Origin: Tubulanus polymorphus
Taxonomy: Eukaryota; Animalia; Nemertea
Direction: 5' to 3'
Assembly (NCBI RefSeq): GCF_964204645.1
Contig: NC_134032.1
Span: 11,644,275 to 11,708,274 of the forward strand
Length of the DNA: 64,000 nt
The position numbers and the translations under genes are program-made. Positions 1-16,808 of the stretch are shown here, piece by piece (position 1 is the stretch's first letter; every line of letters begins with the position of its first letter). Below the pieces are notes generated by a model that saw only the letters and a program-made list of their open reading frames with translations, was not told the origin of the DNA and did not search any database.

Positions 1-120
1 CACATTCGCGTGCACACGGGCGAAAAGCCTCACCGATGTCAGGTGTGCGGGGAGGGCTTCGCCGAGCCGGCTAATTACAATCGGCACGTACGTAGAAAAC
101 ATCCGCCATGGGGCAGTTAA
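1..120 (+). CDS. C2H2 zinc-finger terminal exon 0 (5' part outside window)
   Basis: Frame 1 reads [39 protein letters not shown]: end of finger 1, TGEKP linker, finger 2, TAA at 118-120. Confidence 0.9.
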   Translation, partial: HIRVHTGEKPHRCQVCGEGFAEPANYNRHVRRKHPPWGS

Positions 121-635
121 AATATCGGTGAGGAGGGATGCACAGTACTGTTCTCCATACGCTGTCTGCAGTTTTTTAAGAAATCTTAATTCAATTCTTA
201 TGTTTATGATATGTCGTGGCTGCTGAAGTAGCGAGGCTTTCGATCCCTCGGAAAAAATACTGAAACTTAAGCTTAATTTAAGTGTCATTTTGCACATTAG
301 CTCAATATATTTCAAAGCATTATCAGCATTGATAGAATATTGACATCCACGCCGGACGGGGCAGCAGATATTTCATAAGGGGTGGCTGTGAAAATGAAAG
401 GGCTGGCCGACCTTCTAAAACCTGGAAAACATAGGAAAGGTTTGTGGAATTGTCAGGGGCAGTTGAAAACGTCAATGAATGCAGATTCCATCAGGGTATA
501 TGGGAACAGGATATGAAAGGGTTAAAATTCAATAAGCATGCTATTTGAGACACAATCTGTAAATGGTCTATTATATTAATGCAGAATTTAAGAACACTCT
601 TGATATTTTGTCAACTGTCAGTTATTTGTTGTTCG

Positions 636-858
636 AGGCTGAAAAATGTGATACCTTGTTTCTCCTAATCGGCTGGGCCACTTTTCCATAGTGCAATAAA
701 ATTTGTTATCAGTTCATTTCAATAGCTGCCAGGTGTTATGGTTAGATTGGTCATGATTCTTAAAAAGTTATGTACAGGATATATATGCAGCCAGCCGGGT
801 CAACTTTTAAGCTCGGCAGAAATCATGAGAAACAAGGTATCAATTTTGTTATCCTTAT
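636..858. mobile_element. MITE family A (TIR core GATACCTTGTTTCTC); other copies about 3655-3874 and 26034-26257
   Basis: Inverted ends gataccttgtttctc / gagaaacaaggtatc; shared interior (gcaataaaa...tagctg...atggtta) in three copies. Confidence 0.75.
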
Positions 859-1229
859 ATACGTATTATGAATACGTTTATGTTTATCTTAAAGAACAAA
901 GTATAAATGAATAAAGTTATATTTAATAATCATAGAAATTATCGTTGTTGATTATTATTCTTTTTAATGCTCCGTAGACGGATTTAACGACGCAAAATGT
1001 TGTTTTTCATCGTAAATTCATGAATTTCAAGAGAACCACGGGATTGTGTGCGGGACTGGCCTGACCGGTGAGAACCATCAAGGGACTGACTGTATGACTA
1101 ATGCCTCGTAAACCAATTGAACACTGAAATATTTGCCTCAATTCTTGTTGCAACAATATTATCCCAGTTACCATGACTACACATGTAATGGACGAATTGT
1201 AATTGAGTTTTCCCATTACAATTTTGTAG

Positions 1230-1579
1230 GTGAAATCAAGTCCGGTGGCTCCACCTATTGGTCATCGTCTACATACGCGAATCGAGGAGGCTTTCGGTCG
1301 CCGCGTCAGAGTAACAGGGAATATCGCCCCGGCCAGGGGGGTGGTGGCGCTAGCGCAGCCGGAGCGGACGATCTGAGACGACATCAGTGCGAAATTTGCG
1401 ATAAACGATTCGCGTCGGCTTCGTTGTTGAAGATTCATCATCGCGTTCACACCGGCGAAAAACCGTACGTCTGCGCCGTCTGCCAGAAACGATTCACTCA
1501 AATCGGCAGCTTAAACGTTCACTTGAGAAAAGTGCACAACATACTGTACTGCGTGTCTGCGGACGGAGCTCGGAAATAG
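1230..1579 (+). CDS. Alternative 3' exon 1: linker + 2 C2H2 fingers
   Basis: Acceptor attttgtag|G at 1229/1230, phase 1; [50 protein letters not shown]; no Met anywhere in the exon. Confidence 0.88.
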
Positions 1580-1682
1580 GAACTTAACATCTCAATCAGA
1601 CGGATCCCAGAAATAGGAACTTAATGTCTCAATCAGACAGAATCTGGAAGTATGAACTTTCCATCTCTATCAGACAGAAACC
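1572..1682. repeat. Approximately 37-bp tandem repeat x3 directly after the exon 1 stop
   Basis: gaaataggaacttaacatctcaatcagacgg / gaaataggaacttaatgtctcaatcagacag / gaagtatgaactttccatctctatcagacag. Confidence 0.8.
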
Positions 1683-2037
1683 TGTGATAGGAGGTCGCTG
1701 CCCGACTAGCAGCTATCTCCCCATCTAGTCAACAAACCCTTTCAGAAATGATACTCTCTACAGGTCATCGGACATGAGACCCCCTACCAGTATTAATGCG
1801 CCCCAACTGGTCGGATGAACGTAGTGCACGTGATAGGAATAATATTCGAAGTGGAGTCGAAGCGCTGTTTCCAATCTGATGAGAATTTAAAAATTGACAT
1901 GACCATATGTTAGAAAATATCTGAATGAAATGGACTCATGATTTAGGAGATCGCATGACTTCAAATTGATATTCAAATTTATCAAATATTTGAAATAATT
2001 TCGAAATGTTATCCCAGTTTCCCATTGCATTTTGCAG

Positions 2038-2402
2038 GTGCGTCGTGGGAAACTGGAGGTTACCGGAGAATGCCGCCGCGGAATCCGTTGTCTGCCGCGA
2101 GGAACGTGCAACAACGACGACCGCCGTACGTCGTCGCCGTCACTAGGCAACCGCAGCCGTTGGCGACGGTGAAAAGCGACGTACCGCGGCCGCATCAGTG
2201 CGACGCGTGCTACAAGGCGTTCACGTCGCGAACGAATCTGGAAATACACAAACGCGTTCACACGGGCGTTCGTCCGCACGTCTGCCCGGTGTGCAAGAAA
2301 CGATTCACGCAGAAAGGAAATTTGAAAACGCATTTGCGCACGGTGCACAACATACTGAACTGTGTAGCCGCGGACGGCTCCGATAATGCGAACGTTCCCT
2401 GA
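2038..2402 (+). CDS. Alternative 3' exon 2: linker + 2 C2H2 fingers
   Basis: Acceptor ttttgcag|G, phase 1; [50 protein letters not shown]; shares the VHNIL.CV.ADG tail and the intron 3' end (gtttcccatt.ca.tttg.ag) with exon 1. Confidence 0.88.
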
Positions 2403-2481
2403 AAATCATTTAAAAAAAAAATGGGCAACAGAGAAAACACTTCGATCGATAAACTGAGTGAACAAATCAGAAATTGTTTAA

Positions 2482-2769
2482 CCCTTTCAGTGCGTCTACA
2501 CCGCAGTGCGGTGTATGAATCGGTGATGTATTTTGCTAGTACACCGCACTGTGGTGTATTGATGTAATTAGTAATTAGTTTATATATCTATTGAAAGATG
2601 GCAGTACCTGTCAAACATAGTTAAATACTAGTAACTAATGATACACCGCGCCGCGGTGTAGATGCACTATAGTGGTATTCCCGTTATTCAGCACACTAGG
2701 GTGGAATTTTTTTTAATTTTCAAATTATCTCCAGCACTATAGGGTATTGATTAGTCAGCACTGAAGGGG
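2482..2769. mobile_element. piggyBac-type MITE with TTAA target-site duplication
   Basis: TTAA|CCCTTTCAGTGC ... GCACTGAAGGGG|TTAA. A second, internally deleted copy lies at 8524-8727 and a fragment at about 46170-46245. Confidence 0.82.
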
Positions 2770-3654
2770 TTAAAAATGTTTTGGATTGTCAAAATTGTAC
2801 TGAACCAGAAAATGGTTTTTACGAAACTTTTAGTTGAAAAATATTGACCTTTAAGTTATCAGTGTAGCGAATCAGAAAGATTGGTTTCGAAGAGAAATGA
2901 TCTCATTATTATTATTATCAAAAACATTGATCAAAGATTTTTTTAACTTTTGTTGAAATGTTTTGTCAGAATCAGAAAATGGTTGCAAGAAAACATTTTG
3001 TTGAAAGTTCTCTTCTTATTTACCTTTAATGAACAGCCCCAAGGTTTGGAATCGTCAATTAATTTCATCGTTCGAACGCCCTGGTTTCTTGTGCGTTTAA
3101 TATTAATATCTCTTAATATAATATTAACATAAATATCATTATTTACTTCAAAATTACGAGTCATTTCGGGTACCAGTTAGTTAGGGTACCAGAAGGTGTA
3201 TGTTTGCATTTATAGCTTTATTTTTACTCAATTGACTAGATACAGAAATTGCATATATGTACTTAATGTTTTGACGCATGCATTAGAGTATACTTGTATA
3301 TGGTAGTTCTATTAGAATGAAATATATCAACTGTATGTTAAAAACAGAATTAGTTGAAATTTTTGAACGACGCATTATCAGAGCTGCCAACTGTTACTGA
3401 TTTCAGTTATTTTTTACTATTTTCATCTAGAAACACTGATTTGTTTGTTTGATATCTACAGAAATGTGACAGATGCTGCTACACAGGAGCGTCCTGCCGT
3501 CGATTACCGATAAATTTGAACTTTTTTTTCGTATTTCGATGAAATGTTCCTGAAAAGAAAATCAATACATTGTTGAATGCACGTTACTGAGGTTGGCAGC
3601 CCTGAATTCTATGAAATTCGATTTGATCGTATCGAATTTATGTGCGGTGGCTAT

Positions 3655-3874
3655 TAGCTAAAGAAAAATGATACCTTATTGCTCCTAATCGGTTGGGTCA
3701 GTTTTGTAGACCGCAATAAAATTTGTAATCAGTTCATTTCCTTAGCTGTCAGGTCTGTTATGGTTAGCCGGATTTCTAAAATAAAAAGTAATGTTCGGGG
3801 TAGATAGGCTGCCGGCCAGGTCAACTTAAAGGCAAGCAGATGGAGAAACAAGGGACCTATTTTTCTAGCCTTAA
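3655..3874. mobile_element. MITE family A copy
   Basis: Similar to 636-858; ends tagccttaa. Confidence 0.7.
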
Positions 3875-4084
3875 CACATTCGCCGCTTGCTTGACAATAC
3901 AGTGGCGCCCCCAAGTGCTGCATGAATTCGCTGTTAGATAGGCTCAAACAGCCATTTTGGCAGCTACAACTTTTAACACGATGACATCTATCAGGACTTA
4001 AGATATTTTTCAACAAAATCGGTGATGATTTATACCAAAAATATGCCAACAAATCATTTATTTTGAATCGTCATTATCTTCCAG

Positions 4085-4485
4085 GTGGCATTTTCAACAA
4101 TGATGACCTGCCATTAGGCATCAAAGATTTTCCGGGACAGTTCGGTGGAACGTTTCCTTCGACTATGACGTCCGTCGCTAGCGCAAGCGGCCATCAACGA
4201 CGGAGGAAATCGTCGTATCCGGGAATGGGCAGAAATCGTTCGGCTGGATTCGCTGCGAGTCGTTCCTCTGACGCCGGTGCCGCGGCCGGCGGCAGTTCGA
4301 TCGAATTGATGGTGAAAGGAATTTGTCCGATTTGTAAGAAAGATTTTCGCTGTCGCTCAGCGCTGGAGAAACATATGCGCGTTCATACCGGCGACAACCC
4401 GTTCGCTTGCGACGTTTGCGGCCGCACGTTCAATCAGAAAGGATCGTTGAACAGGCATCGGAAATTCGTTCATCAACTGATCTAG
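4085..4485 (+). CDS. Alternative 3' exon 3: linker + 2 C2H2 fingers
   Basis: Acceptor tcttccag|G, phase 1; CPICKKDFRCRSALEKHMRVHTGDNPFACDVCGRTFNQKGSLNRHRKFVH. Confidence 0.88.
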
Positions 4486-4809
4486 TCACTTCGCAGCCCT
4501 AAATGATGTAGTGACTTATCTTAAAACTCTTACTATACAGGACAATTGAACATGACTTTCGATCGATAAGGATAGACTTATACCAAGAATGAGATAGTGA
4601 CAGCATGCGTTTTTTCGGTGTTTGGTGTGGTGGAAGTTTCATTTATTAACTATTTTATGTCTACGTTGAAAACTGTATGATTTATACCGGTTGTTAGATA
4701 ATCAATCTGCTGATGGTCGTCACATGTACGCTGATTAGAAATCCGTCTGCTCACGTCGCGATTCTAAACAATTATCAACCAGTTATTTTCAATCGTCGTT
4801 ATTTTCCAG

Positions 4810-5207
4810 GTGGCGCACTCGGCAATGTCGACATGGTATTTGGCGCGATGGATCTCCCTGGACAGTTCGGAATGTACACGAATCCAAATCTGGAAATTAC
4901 CCGTAGCGGTCGTGGTGGTCACCAACGAAGGCAGTCGTCAATGTTGCCGGGGACTGGCAGACGTCGCCAGGCGGTTGTCACGGGAAACAGTCCGCTCGCC
5001 GCAGCTGGTGCCAGTTCGATCGATTTGATGGTGAAAGGAATTTGCCCGATCTGTAAAAAAGATTTCGGTTTTCGCTCGGCTCTGGAGAAGCACATGCGGG
5101 TCCACACCGGCGACAACCCGTTCGCTTGCGAAGTTTGCGGCCGCACGTTCAATCAGAAGGGGTCGTTGAGACGGCATGAAAAAAATGTCCATCGTATTGT
5201 GAATTAG
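4810..5207 (+). CDS. Alternative 3' exon 4: linker + 2 C2H2 fingers (paralog of exons 3 and 6)
   Basis: Acceptor ttttccag|G, phase 1; CPICKKDFGFRSALEKHMRVHTGDNPFACEVCGRTFNQKGSLRRHEKNVH. Confidence 0.88.
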
Positions 5208-5608
5208 CCTCTAGGTGGCACTACAGCAGTCTGAATACCAGACTATGTACGGATAGATACTAGACTAGCACTGCGGAGATCTACATAGCCACTAGATCGC
5301 GATGTGGTTGGCTATTGAGCATTCCATAGGGGCTGGCATGATCCATTTGTTGATCAGTTTTTTATGTGGGCTCTTAACTGAAAAATGAAATTTATGTTGA
5401 CTTCTCTTTCAATGCCCCAAAGGGTTTCATTGTAAATATTTTAGTGACAATTTATTTGGTGCCATTTTGACTTTTGAACAATAATGCTTGATAGCGATGA
5501 AGTTTTAGAGTTTACCCATGTGTATAATGTCTGTCAGTGGTGTAGTAGACTTTATTGCTTGAATTATTTCAAATGAAATAAACCAATTTATGTGTCGAAT
5601 TATTGCAG

Positions 5609-6030
5609 GTGTTGATGATGAAAACTTTGTATTGTCTCCAACGACAACACCGGCAATGGCAGACGGACATATGATACCAAACCTGTCCCAAATCGTCGTT
5701 AACCGGTCCAATTACAACCCGGCAGTTTGGATGAAGGATTATTCCGTTCCGAAGCGGTCATTTACATCAGCGCTGCAAGTACGACCTCCATGTGGCAGTA
5801 TAAGAACGGAAGAACCCATTGCGACTGCATCTACACCTCATTCGAAGGTCGTTACATTGCATAAATGTCTCGTTTGCGCGAAGTGTTTCCAGACAAAATC
5901 TAAGTATAAACGTCACTCCATGATACACACCGGCGAACAACCGTTTCAATGTCAGTTCTGCCAACGATTGTTCAATCAGAGATCATCGCTCATGCGTCAC
6001 ATGACCAGTATCCACGGTTGTGTGGAATAG
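5609..6030 (+). CDS. Alternative 3' exon 5: linker + 2 C2H2 fingers
   Basis: Acceptor tattgcag|G, phase 1; CLVCAKCFQTKSKYKRHSMIHTGEQPFQCQFCQRLFNQRSSLMRHMTSIH. Confidence 0.88.
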
Positions 6031-6546
6031 AGAGATTTGTCTGCTAGCTGAGCGTGGCTGGATATACAAACGGCATATACAGCATGAAAATCCGTTTTCA
6101 CATTTATTAGATCATTGGTGGCGTGGAATGAAAGTCCGTCTGCTCATGTTGCATTGTCTGCTCGTGTTTTGAAATATGCGTCGTAGCTCGGAATACGAAG
6201 TTGTGGTTTAAAACCACATTCAGTGACAGTTTACGTTTATTTCAGTCTATAGAACCGGGTCCAAATATTTAGGATTATCCCATTGTTACAGCGTCTAAAA
6301 AATCCCGACTGTGGTTTGGTTCGCGCTCTCATTATTGGTTTTTCTTTTGAACTTCGCGGGTTTATTGGAATATTCTAATATCGACTATTCTATACCTATT
6401 CATTGAAAACTGTCTACGCTGGTGTTAGTCCGTCTGCTGATAATCATCACACATACGTGTACACATGATGAAAATCCGTCAGCACACGTCGACATTTCGT
6501 ATTAACATATTTCACTAAGTTATTTTAAACCGTAATTATTTTCCAG

Positions 6547-6938
6547 GTGGCGTCCCCGACAATGATGACCTGGTATTTAACGCAATGGATATCCAAGGAC
6601 AGTTCGTAATGTACGCTGACCCGAATCTGGAAATATCTGCGAGCGGCCGTGGTGGTCACCAACGAAGGAAATCCTCGTTGCCGGGTGCTGGAAAACGTCG
6701 TCGTGCGGGAGTCACGGGAAACAGTCCGCTCGCCGCAGCTGGTGCCAGTTCGATCGATATGATGGTGAAAGGAATTTGCCCGATTTGTAAAAAAGATTTC
6801 GGTTTTCGCTCGGCTCTGGAGGTACACATGCGGGTTCACACCGGCGACAACCCGTTCTCCTGTGAAGTGTGCGGTCGCTCGTTCAATCAGAAGAGTTCGT
6901 TGAAACGACATAAAAGGAACATCCATCATATGAATTAG
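6547..6938 (+). CDS. Alternative 3' exon 6: linker + 2 C2H2 fingers (paralog of exon 4)
   Basis: Acceptor ttttccag|G, phase 1; CPICKKDFGFRSALEVHMRVHTGDNPFSCEVCGRSFNQKSSLKRHKRNIH. Confidence 0.88.
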
Positions 6939-7255
6939 AAGCAGGCGCCAATCTGTATTTATAATGAAGCCACTAGATGGCGACGTGGTGGTCTACAGAA
7001 CCCTGAACCCTGTGGCAAAGCATTTTCATCCGGTTCAGTTGATCTGCGTACTGTGGATTTTTTTACAGAAAGCAGAAATTCATGTCAACTCAACTGAATA
7101 TGTTTAGAAGATTCTGTTATAACGATGATACCTGATAGCGAAAATGTTTTAGAGTTAGCAAAGTTGTTTTGGGTCGGCGGTGTTGAAGAGTTTCTAGCTG
7201 AAATCTCAATTTCCTGAAAATATAATAAACTGTTTTATGTGTCGAATTATTGCAG

Positions 7256-7680
7256 GTGTTGATGTTGATGAAAACGTTGTATTGTTTCCGACGACAACAT
7301 CGGCAGTGGCAGACGGACAGATGATACCGAACCAGTCTGAAATCTCCGTTAACCAGTTCGCTTACAACCCTGCCTTTTGGCTGAAGGATTATTCCGTTCC
7401 GAAACGGTCATCCACATTGTTGCAACAAGAACGACCTCCGGGTGGCGGCGTTAGAACAGAAGAACGCATTGCAGCACCATCTAAACCTCGGTCGAAGGTT
7501 GTTACGTTGCATAAGTGTCTCGTTTGCGCGAAGTGTTTTCAGACGAAATCTTCGTATAAACGTCACTCAATGATACACACAGGCGAACAACCGTTTCAAT
7601 GTCAATTCTGCCAACGATTATTCAACCAGAGATCGTCGCTCATGCGTCACATGACCAGTATCCACGGTTGCGTGGAATAG
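7256..7680 (+). CDS. Alternative 3' exon 7: linker + 2 C2H2 fingers (paralog of exon 5)
   Basis: Acceptor tattgcag|G, phase 1; fingers identical to exon 5 except QTKSSY versus QTKSKY. Confidence 0.88.
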
Positions 7681-8245
7681 AGATCGATGATATTCTGAAG
7701 GTACTCGATTTTTTGTTCGGATACTAGAGAAATTGAAATGAAACTATCGCGACAAGTTGCGAGAAATTTCCGATCCCACCATCGGAAGAAGTTTACTTCA
7801 ATTCTTTCCTGCATTTAGAAACTGAAATCAAGGGCAAACTGGGATACAAAACTAGGACGTAGGACACTGACCATGGAAGATCTATCTAGGGAAGATACAC
7901 TTAAGAATTGTGTAAATCGAGTCTTGAAGATCCGTCTGCTAGCTACGCGGCTGAATATACTAATGGTCATGCAGTTTAAGAATCCATTTTCAGATTTTCT
8001 ATATATCGGAAGGTATTTGTGCGGTATTAAAGTCAGTCTGCTTGCGTTGCGTCGTCTGCCGATGTTGTGAAATATGCGTGGTAGTTCAGAATATACATAG
8101 TGCTGGATTTAATCGGTTCTGTGACAGGAACACCCAGTCTATGATAACGTTAGGTGGCCCATGTTTAGGATTATCTACGAAAACCAGGCCCTGGTTTGGT
8201 TGGCACTCGTTTGTACAATTGTTACTAACTTTCATGACGCAATGA

Positions 8246-8503
<258 letters not shown>

Positions 8504-8523
8504 AAAATCAATTATTCGATTAA

Positions 8524-8727
8524 CCCTTTCAGTGCGCCTACATGTCTGTTGAAAGATAGCAGCACCTGTCAAACAGTGCAATGTTAGTAACTATAACTGT
8601 AGACCACACGGCAGTGACGACGCAATATAAGTGGAATGTCCAATATTCAACACACGGGTGGAATATTTTAACATTTTCAAGTTGTCTTCAGCACATTTGA
8701 CAAATAAATTAGTTGGCACTGAAAGGT
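8524..8727. mobile_element. piggyBac-type MITE copy
   Basis: ttaa|ccctttcagtgc ... gcactgaaagg; interior gaaagatagcagcacctgtcaaac matches the 2482-2769 copy. Confidence 0.72.
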
Positions 8728-10314
8728 TTGAGAGTTAAATTGTAATTAGATTAATTTGAATTCTGATTATTAATGAATATGTGTGGAACCTGTAATTAAT
8801 TAAAATTATATTTAGGATGAATTTGTTAGTTCATTATGATTGAATGGTAGATCAACTTACAAATTCATCCCAGACTAAGATATTGATTTGGGGTTTTTAA
8901 TTTTTTACCTAAATTATTGAATAACCTGTTAAACTCATAATTAAGAGAGCTCGTACAAGTCTGAAAATTAATTAGTAATTAATTGTATAATGTTCAATTA
9001 CTCTTAAGCTTGGAATAGTTATGAATTAATGTGGTCAGGAAAATTAGTTTCTTGTGGTTTTAGTATTGTAGGTACTGTAATTGGGCTAGTATTTGTATGG
9101 GATCATTCATTTATTACGTAATAAATAAATGATCCCTATACTTTCAATTCTGCTTTTGTGATTATAAGTTCATACCTCATTTGTGGAGATCTGGATATTT
9201 GTGCCAGCAGGAAAAACCAATGACTGCAAAAATAGTGCAAACGCTAAATAGAATTTCTACTTATGTACTCTTCAAGTCAAGTAACTAGTCAAGATTTACT
9301 TATATTCTGAAAGAAACATGTGTACACTGGCAACTTGAGAATTAGAAATTGCTGGTGTCAAATTAAAGTAAAAGATTGTACCATGTTAGATTCATAAATA
9401 ATGTTTCATTCAATAAAGTTGTCTCATATTTCTGTAGGAAAAAAAAAGATAAGAAATCTAAGCGAAATAAGAAAGTTTATTATATTTATAGTAATCAGAT
9501 TAATTTCATCCACGTATGTGCCATCCTACATGTATGTGAATTGAAATAAATGGGAATCTTTGCTCTTAAGTTTCAAGTGTTGTGTCTTTGTATTTTCAAA
9601 AAGGTATTGCTTGAAATCTAAACCCCAAAACCCCAGAGGCGGTTTTATCAACTATAATCTGGAGATAAACTCAATTGTAAATACATTTTGAGTTAGCCCC
9701 TGGGTTAAAGATTATACCAGTCTATGAAAAAAATTCAGGCCCAGGGTTACGTGGTAAATGGAGGAACCAGTGGAATGGAATGTACTGGCGTTTGAATTAT
9801 AGAAAAACGGAAAGATGGAGAAAGATAATGAAATTACAGCAATTGACCCGGCCCGCGAATTACCATTAATCGGTTGCAGCACCGTAGCGTGCTGACATCT
9901 AGCGACTTTCCGGTGTACTAATCGATACAACTGACCAAAAACAGGATCATTTATACAATAAAAACATACGATTGAATATGAAAATATTAAAAAGAGAAAA
10001 TTAGATACTTACTATCCAAAACTTCAGATATTAGAGTTACAATAAAGTTTAATTTTCCAATTACAACACAACATACCGTAACGTGCTGCCACACAGCGGC
10101 GGTCTATTTACATTATGAAATAAGTACGCCCACATACAGCGATGACGAAATAGATATAAAATCTATTAAAAACCTACCATAATTAAATATAAAACAAAGA
10201 TATATATCATTGTAAAAAAATAGTTAATATGAAATTAATCTGATAAATTTTAGATCGTTATTAGTTCGGATCTCGTCATTTGAATCGGGGACTATATTGT
10301 CTGCGGCGGCTCGT

Positions 10315-10363
10315 TGACGTCATAGGTATATATAGCCAGGTCGCGGGGTGGTCTGGTCTCTTC
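10315..10363 (+). promoter_or_regulatory. PABP core promoter: CRE, TATA and pyrimidine (TCT/5'TOP-like) start
   Basis: TGACGTCA 10315-10322, TATATATAG 10327-10335, TCTCTTC 10357-10363 about 30 nt after the TATA. Confidence 0.65.
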
Positions 10364-10456
10364 GTCGCGTTAAAGCATCAACCTCTAGGTATACACTACA
10401 CGTGTTGGTTGTGAGAAAGACGTCTGTTCGGTAAACGTCTGCCACCACGCCGCACT

Positions 10457-10513
10457 CAAAATAAACAAAAAACTAAAAAAAAATCTAAAAAACTTTATTT
10501 ACAAAAAAAACTA
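10457..10513 (+). promoter_or_regulatory. A-rich autoregulatory sequence in PABP 5'UTR
   Basis: caaaataaacaaaaaactaaaaaaaaatctaaaaaactttatttacaaaaaaaacta: oligo(A) tracts with pyrimidine spacers, as in the PABPC1 ARS. Confidence 0.75.
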
Positions 10514-10608
10514 GACGCGAAAACGTGTTCGGTAAAGTAGTAAATTAGGGAATATTCTGTTACGATATAAAAAGCTGAGAACGAGAAAGTCGCCATTTTG
10601 TTTTCTGA

Positions 10609-16808
<6,200 letters not shown>

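Noticed and set aside
1572-1682. CRISPR-like repeat spacing
   Set aside because: Eukaryotic context, contiguous degenerate units without unique spacers, and no cas genes.
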